DNA of 64,000 nt. Origin: a virus (taxonomy: Duplodnaviria; Caudoviricetes). The first letter of the stretch is position 1, and each line of letters opens with the position of its first letter. Positions 37,051 through 44,778 of this stretch are shown piece after piece. The notes under the pieces are model-generated. The model saw nothing but the letters and a program-made list of their open reading frames with translations, was not told the origin of the DNA and searched no databases. A program made the position numbers and the translations under genes. Location of the stretch: positions 1 through 64,000 of IMG/VR virus record IMGVR_UViG_3300010885_059224; one strand, given 5' to 3'.

Positions 37051-37257
37051 ATGCACATTTGGCAAACCAAACAAATTACTAAATCCCTTCCAACATGGGA
37101 CGTTAAAAAAATGATGGCCAACAGACCCAAGGGTTTGAAGGATGACGAATGGAAAGAAATGGTGTCTAACGCAAAGATGGAAAAACTTATTGTTTTAAAC
37201 CAAGTCCCAAAACACCTACTCAAGAAAGATCCTAGGTTCACCCAGGATAAAGAATAA
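37051..37257 (+). CDS. Hypothetical protein (68 aa)
   Basis: Basic small ORF closely packed against the next gene. Confidence 0.5.
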   Translation: MHIWQTKQITKSLPTWDVKKMMANRPKGLKDDEWKEMVSNAKMEKLIVLNQVPKHLLKKDPRFTQDKE

Positions 37258-37258
37258 T

Positions 37259-37891
37259 ATGGGATTATTTGATACCATTATAGTAGAAAAAGCCCTTCCC
37301 CTACCCAAGAAAGCCAAAGAAGCTTTCAAGGGTAAAGATTGGGGTAAAGTAGATTTCCAGACGAAAGATCTAGAGGAATGTATGCAAACATATTACCTCA
37401 AAAAGAATGGTGATCTTATATTAGAAAAAATTGAAGGAGACTATGAAGAATTATCAGAAGAAGAGCTTAAAGAAGCTAAACAGAAGTATAGTCCAGGGTA
37501 TTATCCTGCAATTAAGTTCACAGAGACCGGCAGATCTTTAGTTAAGCAGAAAATTACCCAGAGCGTTAATTTCTACACAGGCAGAGATGATAATGAAGGA
37601 AATCAATGGTGGCTAGAGTTCGTGGCCGTATTCGACGGCGGTAAGTTAGCATCACTTAAAGCCCATAAAGTAGAGTTAACCAGAACAGCTGCCGAGGTTA
37701 AAAGAGCAAATGATGAATTCAGAGCTAGACTAGAAGCAGACCGAAATCATCCATGGAACAAAACCAGAATGGCGCTAAACAAGGCATCTTTTGGATACTG
37801 GGGAGCTACTTGGAGGTTCATAGCAAAAACCTCAAGAAAAGCAGGTCAAGGCCTAGACAAGCTAGGATTTTGGATCTTTAGAAATATGTAA
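37259..37891 (+). CDS. Conserved phage protein (MG.FD..FQTKDL family)
   Basis: MGLFDTI N-terminus, FQTKDL, NFY...W.EF.A.F..G. Confidence 0.65.
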   Translation: MGLFDTIIVEKALPLPKKAKEAFKGKDWGKVDFQTKDLEECMQTYYLKKNGDLILEKIEGDYEELSEEELKEAKQKYSPGYYPAIKFTETGRSLVKQKITQSVNFYTGRDDNEGNQWWLEFVAVFDGGKLASLKAHKVELTRTAAEVKRANDEFRARLEADRNHPWNKTRMALNKASFGYWGATWRFIAKTSRKAGQGLDKLGFWIFRNM

Positions 37892-37897
37892 TATGAT

Positions 37898-38095
37898 TTT
37901 TGACGGCAGCATCATAAATACGGCCGGACCCTTCCTTCCTTTAGCACCCCTCACAAAGGGTATTGTTAAACAGGTAGACTGGCGTGGTCGGGTAGAAGAG
38001 CTCTCCTGTTTGGCACACTATAATAGTGCTGAGTAACTTCTTTAACCATGGTAACCCGGATGCTGAAAAGGTTCTGCAGAGCCGTACCGTCAAAA
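37898..38095 (+). ncRNA. Rod-shaped 198-nt RNA with central bubble (6S-like candidate)
   Basis: TTTTGACGG/CCGTCAAAA, CAGCATC/GATGCTG, TTAGCAC/GTGCTGA, TATTGT/ATAATA, TAAACAGG/CCTGTTTG. Confidence 0.6.
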
Positions 38096-38099
38096 CTAC

Positions 38100-38174
38100 T
38101 CCTGATTAGCTCAATGGTAGAGCAGTGAGCTGTTAACTCGCATGTTGTTGGTTCGAGTCCAGCATCAGGAGCCA
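38100..38174 (+). tRNA. tRNA-Asn (GTT)
   Basis: Cloverleaf, anticodon loop CTGTTAA, T-loop TTCGAGT, encoded CCA. Confidence 0.95.
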
Positions 38175-38262
38175 GATTTGAGATGTTTGGGTCGCTCCCA
38201 ACTGAAGGGCAAACGCAGGATCAGGCCAACGAGATACAAATAAACCCTGCACAATTTTAAAT

Positions 38263-38333
38263 TACCCTGTGGTGTAACGGTAACACTTTAGTTTTTGGCA
38301 CTAACATTCATGGTTCAAATCCATGCGGGGTAG
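38263..38333 (+). tRNA. tRNA-Gln (TTG)
   Basis: TACCCTG/CGGGGTA acceptor with U1:A72, loop TTTTGGC; no encoded CCA. Confidence 0.9.
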
Positions 38334-38350
38334 TATATAATAATTTATCT

Positions 38351-38424
38351 GGAGTTGTAGCTCAATTGGTCAGAGCACCGCCCTGTCACGGCGGGGGTTG
38401 CGAGTTCGAGCCTCGTCAACTCCG
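38351..38424 (+). tRNA. tRNA-Asp (GTC)
   Basis: GGAGTTG/CAACTCC acceptor, loop CTGTCAC, G73; no encoded CCA. Confidence 0.95.
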
Positions 38425-38438
38425 GATTACATTTTAAT

Positions 38439-38513
38439 GCACGATTAGCTTAGCGGTAGAGCAGGTCCTTTACACGGACAAGGTCGGGGGTTCGATTCCC
38501 TCATCGTGCACCA
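38439..38513 (+). tRNA. tRNA-Val (TAC)
   Basis: GCACGAT/ATCGTGC acceptor, loop TTTACAC, encoded CCA. Confidence 0.95.
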
Positions 38514-38514
38514 C

Positions 38515-38587
<73 letters not shown>

Positions 38588-38597
38588 CAAATTTAAT

Positions 38598-38683
38598 GGG
38601 TAGATACCGAAGCGGTCAAACGGGGTAGACTGTAAATCTACTGGCATTAGCCTTCGAAGGTTCGAGTCCTTCTCTGCCCACCA
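38598..38683 (+). tRNA. tRNA-Tyr (GTA)
   Basis: Loop CTGTAAA, long variable arm, encoded CCA. Confidence 0.95.
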
Positions 38684-38685
38684 AT

Positions 38686-38769
38686 TTTGCTAGATCAGGG
38701 GACAAGGGGCTACATGCCCCGTTCTGTAAGCTGTATACAAGCGACAAGGACTTACCCTGATCTGGCAAA
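38686..38769 (+). ncRNA. Unassigned three-way-junction RNA after the tRNA cluster
   Basis: 15-bp closing stem TTTGCTAGATCAGGG/CCCTGATCTGGCAAA (one G:U); GGGGC/GCCCC hairpin plus a second arm. Confidence 0.55.
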
Positions 38770-38787
38770 TACTATAAAACACAAACC

Positions 38788-38964
38788 ATGCACATATACT
38801 CATCTAAAACAATTCTAGCATTCTCATTATTAATGTACTTTGCCATCTCATTCTTTGTAATGATGAGCTGGTTTGGGATAATGAAAATAAGTTCTTCTAT
38901 ATCATATGATACAGCTATGAAAGAAAATAAAGCTAGATTAACACACCAGCCCATTAAGTTCTAA
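38788..38964 (+). CDS. Small membrane protein (58 aa, not in the ORF track)
   Basis: MHIYSSKTILAFSLLMYFAISFFVMMSWFGIMK...; C/A-rich leader; ends 4 nt before the next ATG. Confidence 0.55.
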   Translation: MHIYSSKTILAFSLLMYFAISFFVMMSWFGIMKISSSISYDTAMKENKARLTHQPIKF

Positions 38965-38968
38965 AACT

Positions 38969-39181
38969 ATGACTACCAAAGAAAAGAAAGTAGACCATTA
39001 CAAGGCTACAGAAAAAATGACAGAAGCGGAATGCTTGAAGTATTGTAAAAAGAAAGCCGCAGAGGACCTGGAGTTATTTCCTGACCTCACATTTGACAAA
39101 GAAAAGTTAATATCTGGATATATGGGTATGTACTACAAGCCCAAAAAAGCCGTAAAAGATGAGAGTAAAGTACCTCAATAG
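38969..39181 (+). CDS. Hypothetical protein (70 aa)
   Basis: Closely packed + strand ORF. Confidence 0.55.
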   Translation: MTTKEKKVDHYKATEKMTEAECLKYCKKKAAEDLELFPDLTFDKEKLISGYMGMYYKPKKAVKDESKVPQ

Positions 39182-39335
39182 ACTAGAGCAATTGATGGTT
39201 GGGAATACATTATTGTCCAAAAGCTATTCATATAACCTCATTAAAGATGCCAAGGCAGCGGTTAGATTCGGAGCTAAGGCGTCAGAAAAAACATTACTAG
39301 GGGCAGTATATATTGCCGCAGTAAAACAAAACTAA
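39159..39335 (+). CDS. Hypothetical protein (58 aa, not in the ORF track)
   Basis: MRVKYLNRLEQLMVG...AVKQN; fills the gap between neighbouring genes. Confidence 0.45.
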   Translation: MRVKYLNRLEQLMVGNTLLSKSYSYNLIKDAKAAVRFGAKASEKTLLGAVYIAAVKQN

Positions 39336-39356
39336 ACACCAAAACATAACACACAT

Positions 39357-39731
39357 ATGGGATTAGATATGTACGCAAGAAGCTACAAGGTCGTGGATAC
39401 CCTTGGTGGTATAAGAGTTAAACCAAACAGTGATATTAGTGAAATACACTATTGGGAAAAACATCATGACCTACATGGTTGGATGCACAAGCTATATCTG
39501 GAGAAAGGGGGAACCAAAGAATTCAACTGTGAATATGTAAATCTAGACATGGAAGATCTGGACAGGTTAGAAAAGGATCTCAAGATGGAAGGATTACCTC
39601 CTACCACAGGATTCTTCTTTGGAAACAATCCTCCTGATGAAGATTCATTAGAGGATGACATGGAGTTTATCCGTAAAGCCAGAGATGAAATCCGTCAAGG
39701 AAGGCTAGTATATTACTCTAGCTGGTGGTAA
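39357..39731 (+). CDS. Conserved phage protein (MGLDMY..YW.KH..LHGW family)
   Basis: MGLDMY start, YWEKHHDLHGWM, LP.T.GFFFG, YYSSWW end. Confidence 0.75.
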   Translation: MGLDMYARSYKVVDTLGGIRVKPNSDISEIHYWEKHHDLHGWMHKLYLEKGGTKEFNCEYVNLDMEDLDRLEKDLKMEGLPPTTGFFFGNNPPDEDSLEDDMEFIRKARDEIRQGRLVYYSSWW

Positions 39732-39817
39732 CATGCAGCTGTTGACTCTGTCCCTGCATCCATAGTGTGAAAGTTTAAAAAACGTTAGCACTAATGCTGG
39801 ATGGTGTGGATCAGGTG

Positions 39818-39853
39818 GCCTCCCCTTAAAAATCCTCACAATTAGGGGGAGGC
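39818..39853. terminator. Hairpin between convergent genes (possible terminator)
   Basis: GCCTCCCCTTAA/TTAGGGGGAGGC stem; no clear U-tract. Confidence 0.4.
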
Positions 39854-39858
39854 TAACC

Positions 39859-41142
39859 TTATTCCGCTATGATAGGAACCTTGTACGAGGTAAGCTGTAT
39901 CATATTCAATACCTGTCGGACATATCTTTCGTTAATGAACGGTATTCCCATACCCAAGGTCATAAACTGCTTTCTAATTCCTTTAGAGAACAGATGTGAG
40001 CTATTGAAAAACTTATCGCTCATTTGGAAGGGCACAACGCTATTTCCATGATGAATCATACCACTCCAGTAGAACGCTTCTTCATTATCTTCTGTCTTTT
40101 TACGGATTTCGTTAATTTCTAGTGCAAAATTTGTAAGTTGTTCTTCCTCACGTTCTTTAACAAGAAAGTATGAGGTTCCTCTTCTTACGAATGTTTTACC
40201 CTGCACAGTGAATTGCTGCTCTCTGGATTCTCTCCAGGAGCGCATCAAATCCTCTCCAGAGCGCTCTCCAAGCTCTTTTACCTGCTCATAGGATAGGTTT
40301 GCCACATAGTGATGAAGATTAGTGGTTCCCTCTTTGCCTATGAGTAAATCCATGGGGTTTGTTTTAAACTCCGACCTTTTTGCCTCACTCCATATTTTGA
40401 TTAGGCTGGACGTATCAATACTATCAGATAATTTGATAGGTTGGTTCGTCCACCAATCAGCCTTGTAGTTCCAGGTAAAACCGGATCTGATTTTTAGCTC
40501 ATTGAAATCTCCTAGAACCTCAGAGCCAATTTTACCATACCAACCCATTTCGGCATTCATATATAGTTTTTCCCTTTCGGCTGGTGTTTGAAACTTAGCC
40601 AGCTCTAGAGAACAAATATGTTTAGGAGATACAAATGAAGGTATGAGCAAAACCTTCTTATACTTCTGCTTAGGGCCCAGATTCAATTTAGGAAAGGCCT
40701 TAACCACATTTTCTGTGAGGTATCCTACTTCGTTCTCTAAGAACCCCGGCATACCTCCTACAGTTAATATATCTTTAAAATACATTACTTTATCCCCGTG
40801 TCTTGCTCTATGGTTCTTGGCTTCCTCTTTAGAGAGTTGCCATGCCCCTTGATACTGGGCGTGTAGATAATAGTTATTCCATAGCTTCCTTTCTGCATAT
40901 TCAGACCTAGGAAGTTTAAAATCCAAGCAGTCATCAAAGTTATCTAATACTGTGGTATATAGGGTAGGCCAGTCCTTACCCTCAAAAAAGTCAAACACAG
41001 TACCTACAAAGTTAGAGGTTTTAGACCTTGCAAACCAGCCAAAGACTGGTATTCTTACAAAATCGAAATCATCCACTTTCAACCCCAGTTTGGACACTAA
41101 ACGAGGCAGATTAATTTTGCTATTAAAATCGTTGATATTCAT
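39859..41142 (-). CDS. Hypothetical protein (427 aa), possibly a degenerate primase-like protein
   Basis: Long minus-strand ORF; ATG at 41142 avoids overlap with the divergent gene at 41168. Confidence 0.65.
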   Translation of the reverse strand: MNINDFNSKINLPRLVSKLGLKVDDFDFVRIPVFGWFARSKTSNFVGTVFDFFEGKDWPTLYTTVLDNFDDCLDFKLPRSEYAERKLWNNYYLHAQYQGAWQLSKEEAKNHRARHGDKVMYFKDILTVGGMPGFLENEVGYLTENVVKAFPKLNLGPKQKYKKVLLIPSFVSPKHICSLELAKFQTPAEREKLYMNAEMGWYGKIGSEVLGDFNELKIRSGFTWNYKADWWTNQPIKLSDSIDTSSLIKIWSEAKRSEFKTNPMDLLIGKEGTTNLHHYVANLSYEQVKELGERSGEDLMRSWRESREQQFTVQGKTFVRRGTSYFLVKEREEEQLTNFALEINEIRKKTEDNEEAFYWSGMIHHGNSVVPFQMSDKFFNSSHLFSKGIRKQFMTLGMGIPFINERYVRQVLNMIQLTSYKVPIIAE

Positions 41143-41167
41143 GCTAAAATAAGGTAAATATAAAATT

Positions 41168-42220
41168 ATGAGTTCATTAAATTTTGACCAATCCACCGAC
41201 TACTCCAATAAGGAGCTTTATCAATTACTCCGCGTTGCAGAACTTCCTGAATATGTGAAGACCGCTTCTGTGGATGACTATGATACCCTCCAAGGCCTCC
41301 CCAAAGAGGCGTTTGCGGATGAAGATCGTAGGATTTATCCCCTGAATAGTGCTGCCCGTACATATGTGAGTAATGCTTATTTCATCAGCAAGAAAGCTGA
41401 TATAGAAAAGCTATACGGTGATGGGTATGTTCGTCAACTAGAAAACAAGATTAAAGAGGCCGCTGAGATATTCCAAATTGAGGAAGATATCAATAGTTAC
41501 TCTAATGAGTTCACAAAACAGGCTAGCTCAGATTATCCAGAAACACACTTAGGTAACTTTGAACTTGCCGGTTTGGGTGCTATGGATCTTTATCCTGTTA
41601 AAACCGCAGCTGACCTCAGGGAGAATATGGACCACATTGTAAACAACATCCATAACTATCCATTTGAGTGGAGAACCAAGCTAGCAGAGAATTCCGTTAA
41701 GGTTGCCGGTGAGCTAGGTGTGGACGAGGTTCCTGATCTGCTCCTTAAGTATGCCGGTTATTTCTATCCTGACTTTGCTGGTTTAAAAACAGAAGTCTGG
41801 AGAAGAAGCACAAAGCTCAAGCAAGCAGAGCATAAAGAGATGTATGAGAAAATCTCTGCAGATATCGAAAACATAAGCTCATCAGAAGAGGTTATGAAAC
41901 TCGCAGAGACCCTAGCCCATATTGAGAATATGGAAGGTCTATATGATAATGTTAAAGTCGCACAGGTTCTTCGTGACCCTGTTGACATGATCTTCACGAA
42001 GAGCATAGAGAAAGTTGCAAGTGATCTTAACTTTGTTGAGGCTCACGGCGACAAGTATCTCATTGATGACCTTCAAAAGGTAGGTAAGGACAAGTATGAG
42101 GAAGCTTTTGGATTCGACCTGGATCCAGCAGATTCCACAAAGCTTGCAGAAGTATTCCCTACAATGCCACGTTCAGACATCAAGCTGTTCGAAGAGATCT
42201 CGGGTATCCGCCCAGTATAA
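41168..42220 (+). CDS. Acidic protein with two YP(L/V) repeats (DUF6582-like), possible virion protein
   Basis: FADEDRRIYPLNSAART..AYF and LYPVKTAADL; repeated K-x-A motifs. Confidence 0.5.
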   Translation: MSSLNFDQSTDYSNKELYQLLRVAELPEYVKTASVDDYDTLQGLPKEAFADEDRRIYPLNSAARTYVSNAYFISKKADIEKLYGDGYVRQLENKIKEAAEIFQIEEDINSYSNEFTKQASSDYPETHLGNFELAGLGAMDLYPVKTAADLRENMDHIVNNIHNYPFEWRTKLAENSVKVAGELGVDEVPDLLLKYAGYFYPDFAGLKTEVWRRSTKLKQAEHKEMYEKISADIENISSSEEVMKLAETLAHIENMEGLYDNVKVAQVLRDPVDMIFTKSIEKVASDLNFVEAHGDKYLIDDLQKVGKDKYEEAFGFDLDPADSTKLAEVFPTMPRSDIKLFEEISGIRPV

Positions 42221-42242
42221 AAAAGTAAAAAAATAAAATAAT

Positions 42243-42284
42243 ACCTCCCACGCCTCTCACTGAAGCGCACCAGGGAGGTTTTTT
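42243..42284 (+). terminator. Probable rho-independent terminator
   Basis: ACCTCCC/GGGAGGT stem plus T-tract; unusually long loop. Confidence 0.5.
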
Positions 42285-42298
42285 ATTGTACACACAAT

Positions 42299-42490
42299 AT
42301 GAAGTATGAGGTAAAGGTTAAGAGAATATATACTACTATTATATCCGTGGAGGCTGATGCCCCCTGGGATGCAAAAGACAAAGCCGCCGAAATACTACGG
42401 GTAGGTAAGTACTCGGACGGATCACAAATACCTACATTCAAACCAGAAAACACACTCCCACAAGTAGAGTGGGGTTTCTGGGAAATATAA
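42299..42490 (+). CDS. Hypothetical protein (63 aa)
   Basis: MKYEVKV..ISVEADAPWDA pattern common in small phage proteins. Confidence 0.6.
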   Translation: MKYEVKVKRIYTTIISVEADAPWDAKDKAAEILRVGKYSDGSQIPTFKPENTLPQVEWGFWEI

Positions 42491-42501
42491 ACACACAACA
42501 A

Positions 42502-42954
42502 ATGGAAGCTAGAATTAAAGTACTTTGGAATGACTGCGGACATGTTCGTAGATGGGGAGCAGACGTATACAAATGGAGCTGGAAAAACGGACCAGGTCTT
42601 GCAGATGTTCTACATCAATGCAGAATGGAGGGTTACAACACTATGGTGCACGCTGATCCTCAGTTATGGCACAAAACCTTCTTTAAGGCTTATTGCGAGG
42701 TTCATACTCTATTAGATAAGCCATATGTGAATAACCAAGAAAATTACGAACCCTCTGAGTTTGATCTGTGGGCTAGAACTTCTGCACGTATTTATTTCTC
42801 AACCAGAGATGCTGCGGAAACACCATGGACAACCAACAGGGTACAGTTCTACGACTATGTGCACACCCCTGTAGAGCACGTGGTATGGGCGGCAGCAGCA
42901 ATTAAAGCAGTATACGATCAGGGTAAAGATTACTTTATCTTGAACCAGGCCTAA
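42502..42954 (+). CDS. Hypothetical protein (150 aa)
   Basis: ATG after an AAACACACAACAA leader, preferred over GTG 42469. Confidence 0.6.
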   Translation: MEARIKVLWNDCGHVRRWGADVYKWSWKNGPGLADVLHQCRMEGYNTMVHADPQLWHKTFFKAYCEVHTLLDKPYVNNQENYEPSEFDLWARTSARIYFSTRDAAETPWTTNRVQFYDYVHTPVEHVVWAAAAIKAVYDQGKDYFILNQA

Positions 42955-42962
42955 TCTACAAC

Positions 42963-42991
42963 TTGCAAAAGATATGAAACATTGATATCTT
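42963..42991 (+). promoter_or_regulatory. Sigma70-type promoter TTGCAA-N17-TATCTT with extended -10
   Basis: 17-nt spacer, TGn before the -10, 19 nt upstream of the tRNA. Confidence 0.55.
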
Positions 42992-43010
42992 AACAAGAAT
43001 TAAGATTTAA

Positions 43011-43082
43011 CGCAGAGTAGAGAAACGGTATCTCGCAACGCTCATAACGTTGAGACAGCAGGTTCAACTCCTGCCTCTGCCA
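43011..43082 (+). tRNA. tRNA-Met (CAT), initiator-like
   Basis: C1xC72 mismatch, A11:U24, loop CTCATAA, T-loop TTCAACT; no encoded CCA. Confidence 0.85.
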
Positions 43083-43099
43083 AATCTAATAAAACCTAA

Positions 43100-43654
43100 A
43101 TGAAATCCTCTAAGGAAATATTAAAAGATCAAACTGCTCCGCTAATGGCTTTGGCCTACGTTATACAGGAGGAATTTGGCGTGGACTCTTTCACCTGGGA
43201 ACCTCAACTTCTCAGAAACGAGCTAGAGACTAAGTATGACATAAAGATAACTGATCTGCAGTCTGATAAGATTCAGGCTGTGATTGTTATGTTAACCACA
43301 GATATGTATGAGACGGATGTACGAACATTCGAAGTACTCAACAGTTTAACAAATCATAATCATCAAGATTTTGAAGATTTTGAGCCCTCAGAAGCAGAAG
43401 AGATCGTTATTGGAATTACAGAAGCACTATTGCTTAAAATGGAACAGCTAGAATATAGTGACTCTGTTAAAGCTTATGCTGGCTGGGTATTTCATGAATA
43501 CGGTTTTTGCAAAGCTCCTGATATCTTTCCTAATGCTATCATGCCAGAAGGTTTCCCAACCGACGGAGATGACAAAGAAAAAAATCTGGCGCTAGAAGAA
43601 ATATTTAATATGAAAATTGATAATGTGACGAAATATATGACAGACATTAAATAA
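43100..43654 (+). CDS. Hypothetical acidic protein (184 aa)
   Basis: Long ORF with no recognised catalytic motif. Confidence 0.65.
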   Translation: MKSSKEILKDQTAPLMALAYVIQEEFGVDSFTWEPQLLRNELETKYDIKITDLQSDKIQAVIVMLTTDMYETDVRTFEVLNSLTNHNHQDFEDFEPSEAEEIVIGITEALLLKMEQLEYSDSVKAYAGWVFHEYGFCKAPDIFPNAIMPEGFPTDGDDKEKNLALEEIFNMKIDNVTKYMTDIK

Positions 43655-43656
43655 AG

Positions 43657-44778
43657 ATGAAAAAAGCACACACAGACCTATTCGACCGTCCGTCTGGATT
43701 AGGTGACACTAGAGTAGAATACTTATATAATAAAGAAAACGGAACATTACCATCTAAGGTATACGTTGGAGATCCGCTTGATTTAGAAAAGACTAGCCAG
43801 TTTATATCTGATAATTTTGATCCATTAAATTCAGAATTTGCGTTTAAAGGGGGGAAACTATCAGAATCAGGATTCTGGCTAGGTAAAGGAGAATATCTGG
43901 ATATTATTCTTGAGGTTAGCGATTACGGAAGATCAAGAGAATATCTGCCGTACATTAGCGAAGAAAGTTATAATCTTAATAAACCTAAACAAGTAAAAAC
44001 CTGCTCTGTTCAGGCTTGTGGTGGCTCCCCTGAAAAACTAAAAAAGTTAGGTGAGGAGTTGTCTAAGTTCAAACATGAAGCAGAAGCAAAGATATACCTA
44101 TTAGTAAGCGAACATGGGGATACAGATTTACGGCCACTAGATGTGCCTGTAATAGACACTAACCTTGATTTGAATTACGGTACTGAGTTTAAAGAAGTAC
44201 ATGATAGTGTTATAGACTCATTAAAGAATAAATCCTCTGGTTTATACCTGTTTTATGGGGATCCAGGCACAGGTAAATCCTCGTATATCAAACATCTGCT
44301 ATCAACAGTAAAAAATAGAAAGATTGTTTATATCCCTATTAGCCTTATTGATAGCCTGACATCGCCAAACTTCCTGCCGCTGCTCATGAGTAATAGGAAC
44401 ATGATTCTTGTTATAGAAGACGCAGAAAAGGCACTATTATCCCGGGAAGAAGATAGAGGAAACTCATCACTGGTATCAACCATACTTAATCTTACGGATA
44501 GCTTTATAAGCAGTACCTTGAATGTAAGTATTATTGCTACATTCAATACCAAAAAGGAAAATCTTGATAAGGCCTTGTTAAGAAAAGGCAGGTTGAAAGT
44601 CAGTCATGAGTTCAAGAAATTATCGGTAGAAGATAGTCAGAAATTAATAGACTCTCTAGGTATACAACATACTGCAACAGAGAGTATGTCTATTGCTGAC
44701 ATCTATTATTTAGACGAAGATAATCGTCACAAAGAAGATAAAGAAGAAGATAGAGTTATTGGCTTTGGTAAGGCTTAA
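43657..44778 (+). CDS. AAA+ ATPase (single domain)
   Basis: Walker A GDPGTGKS, Walker B LVIEDAE, SRH LDKALLRKGR. Confidence 0.9.
   Translation: MKKAHTDLFDRPSGLGDTRVEYLYNKENGTLPSKVYVGDPLDLEKTSQFISDNFDPLNSEFAFKGGKLSESGFWLGKGEYLDIILEVSDYGRSREYLPYISEESYNLNKPKQVKTCSVQACGGSPEKLKKLGEELSKFKHEAEAKIYLLVSEHGDTDLRPLDVPVIDTNLDLNYGTEFKEVHDSVIDSLKNKSSGLYLFYGDPGTGKSSYIKHLLSTVKNRKIVYIPISLIDSLTSPNFLPLLMSNRNMILVIEDAEKALLSREEDRGNSSLVSTILNLTDSFISSTLNVSIIATFNTKKENLDKALLRKGRLKVSHEFKKLSVEDSQKLIDSLGIQHTATESMSIADIYYLDEDNRHKEDKEEDRVIGFGKA

Noticed and set aside
38175-38255. Theta ribozyme or pseudo-tRNA after tRNA-Asn
   Set aside because: No HDV topology and no cloverleaf; only the GGG-TCGCT-CCC and GCAGG/CCTGC stems
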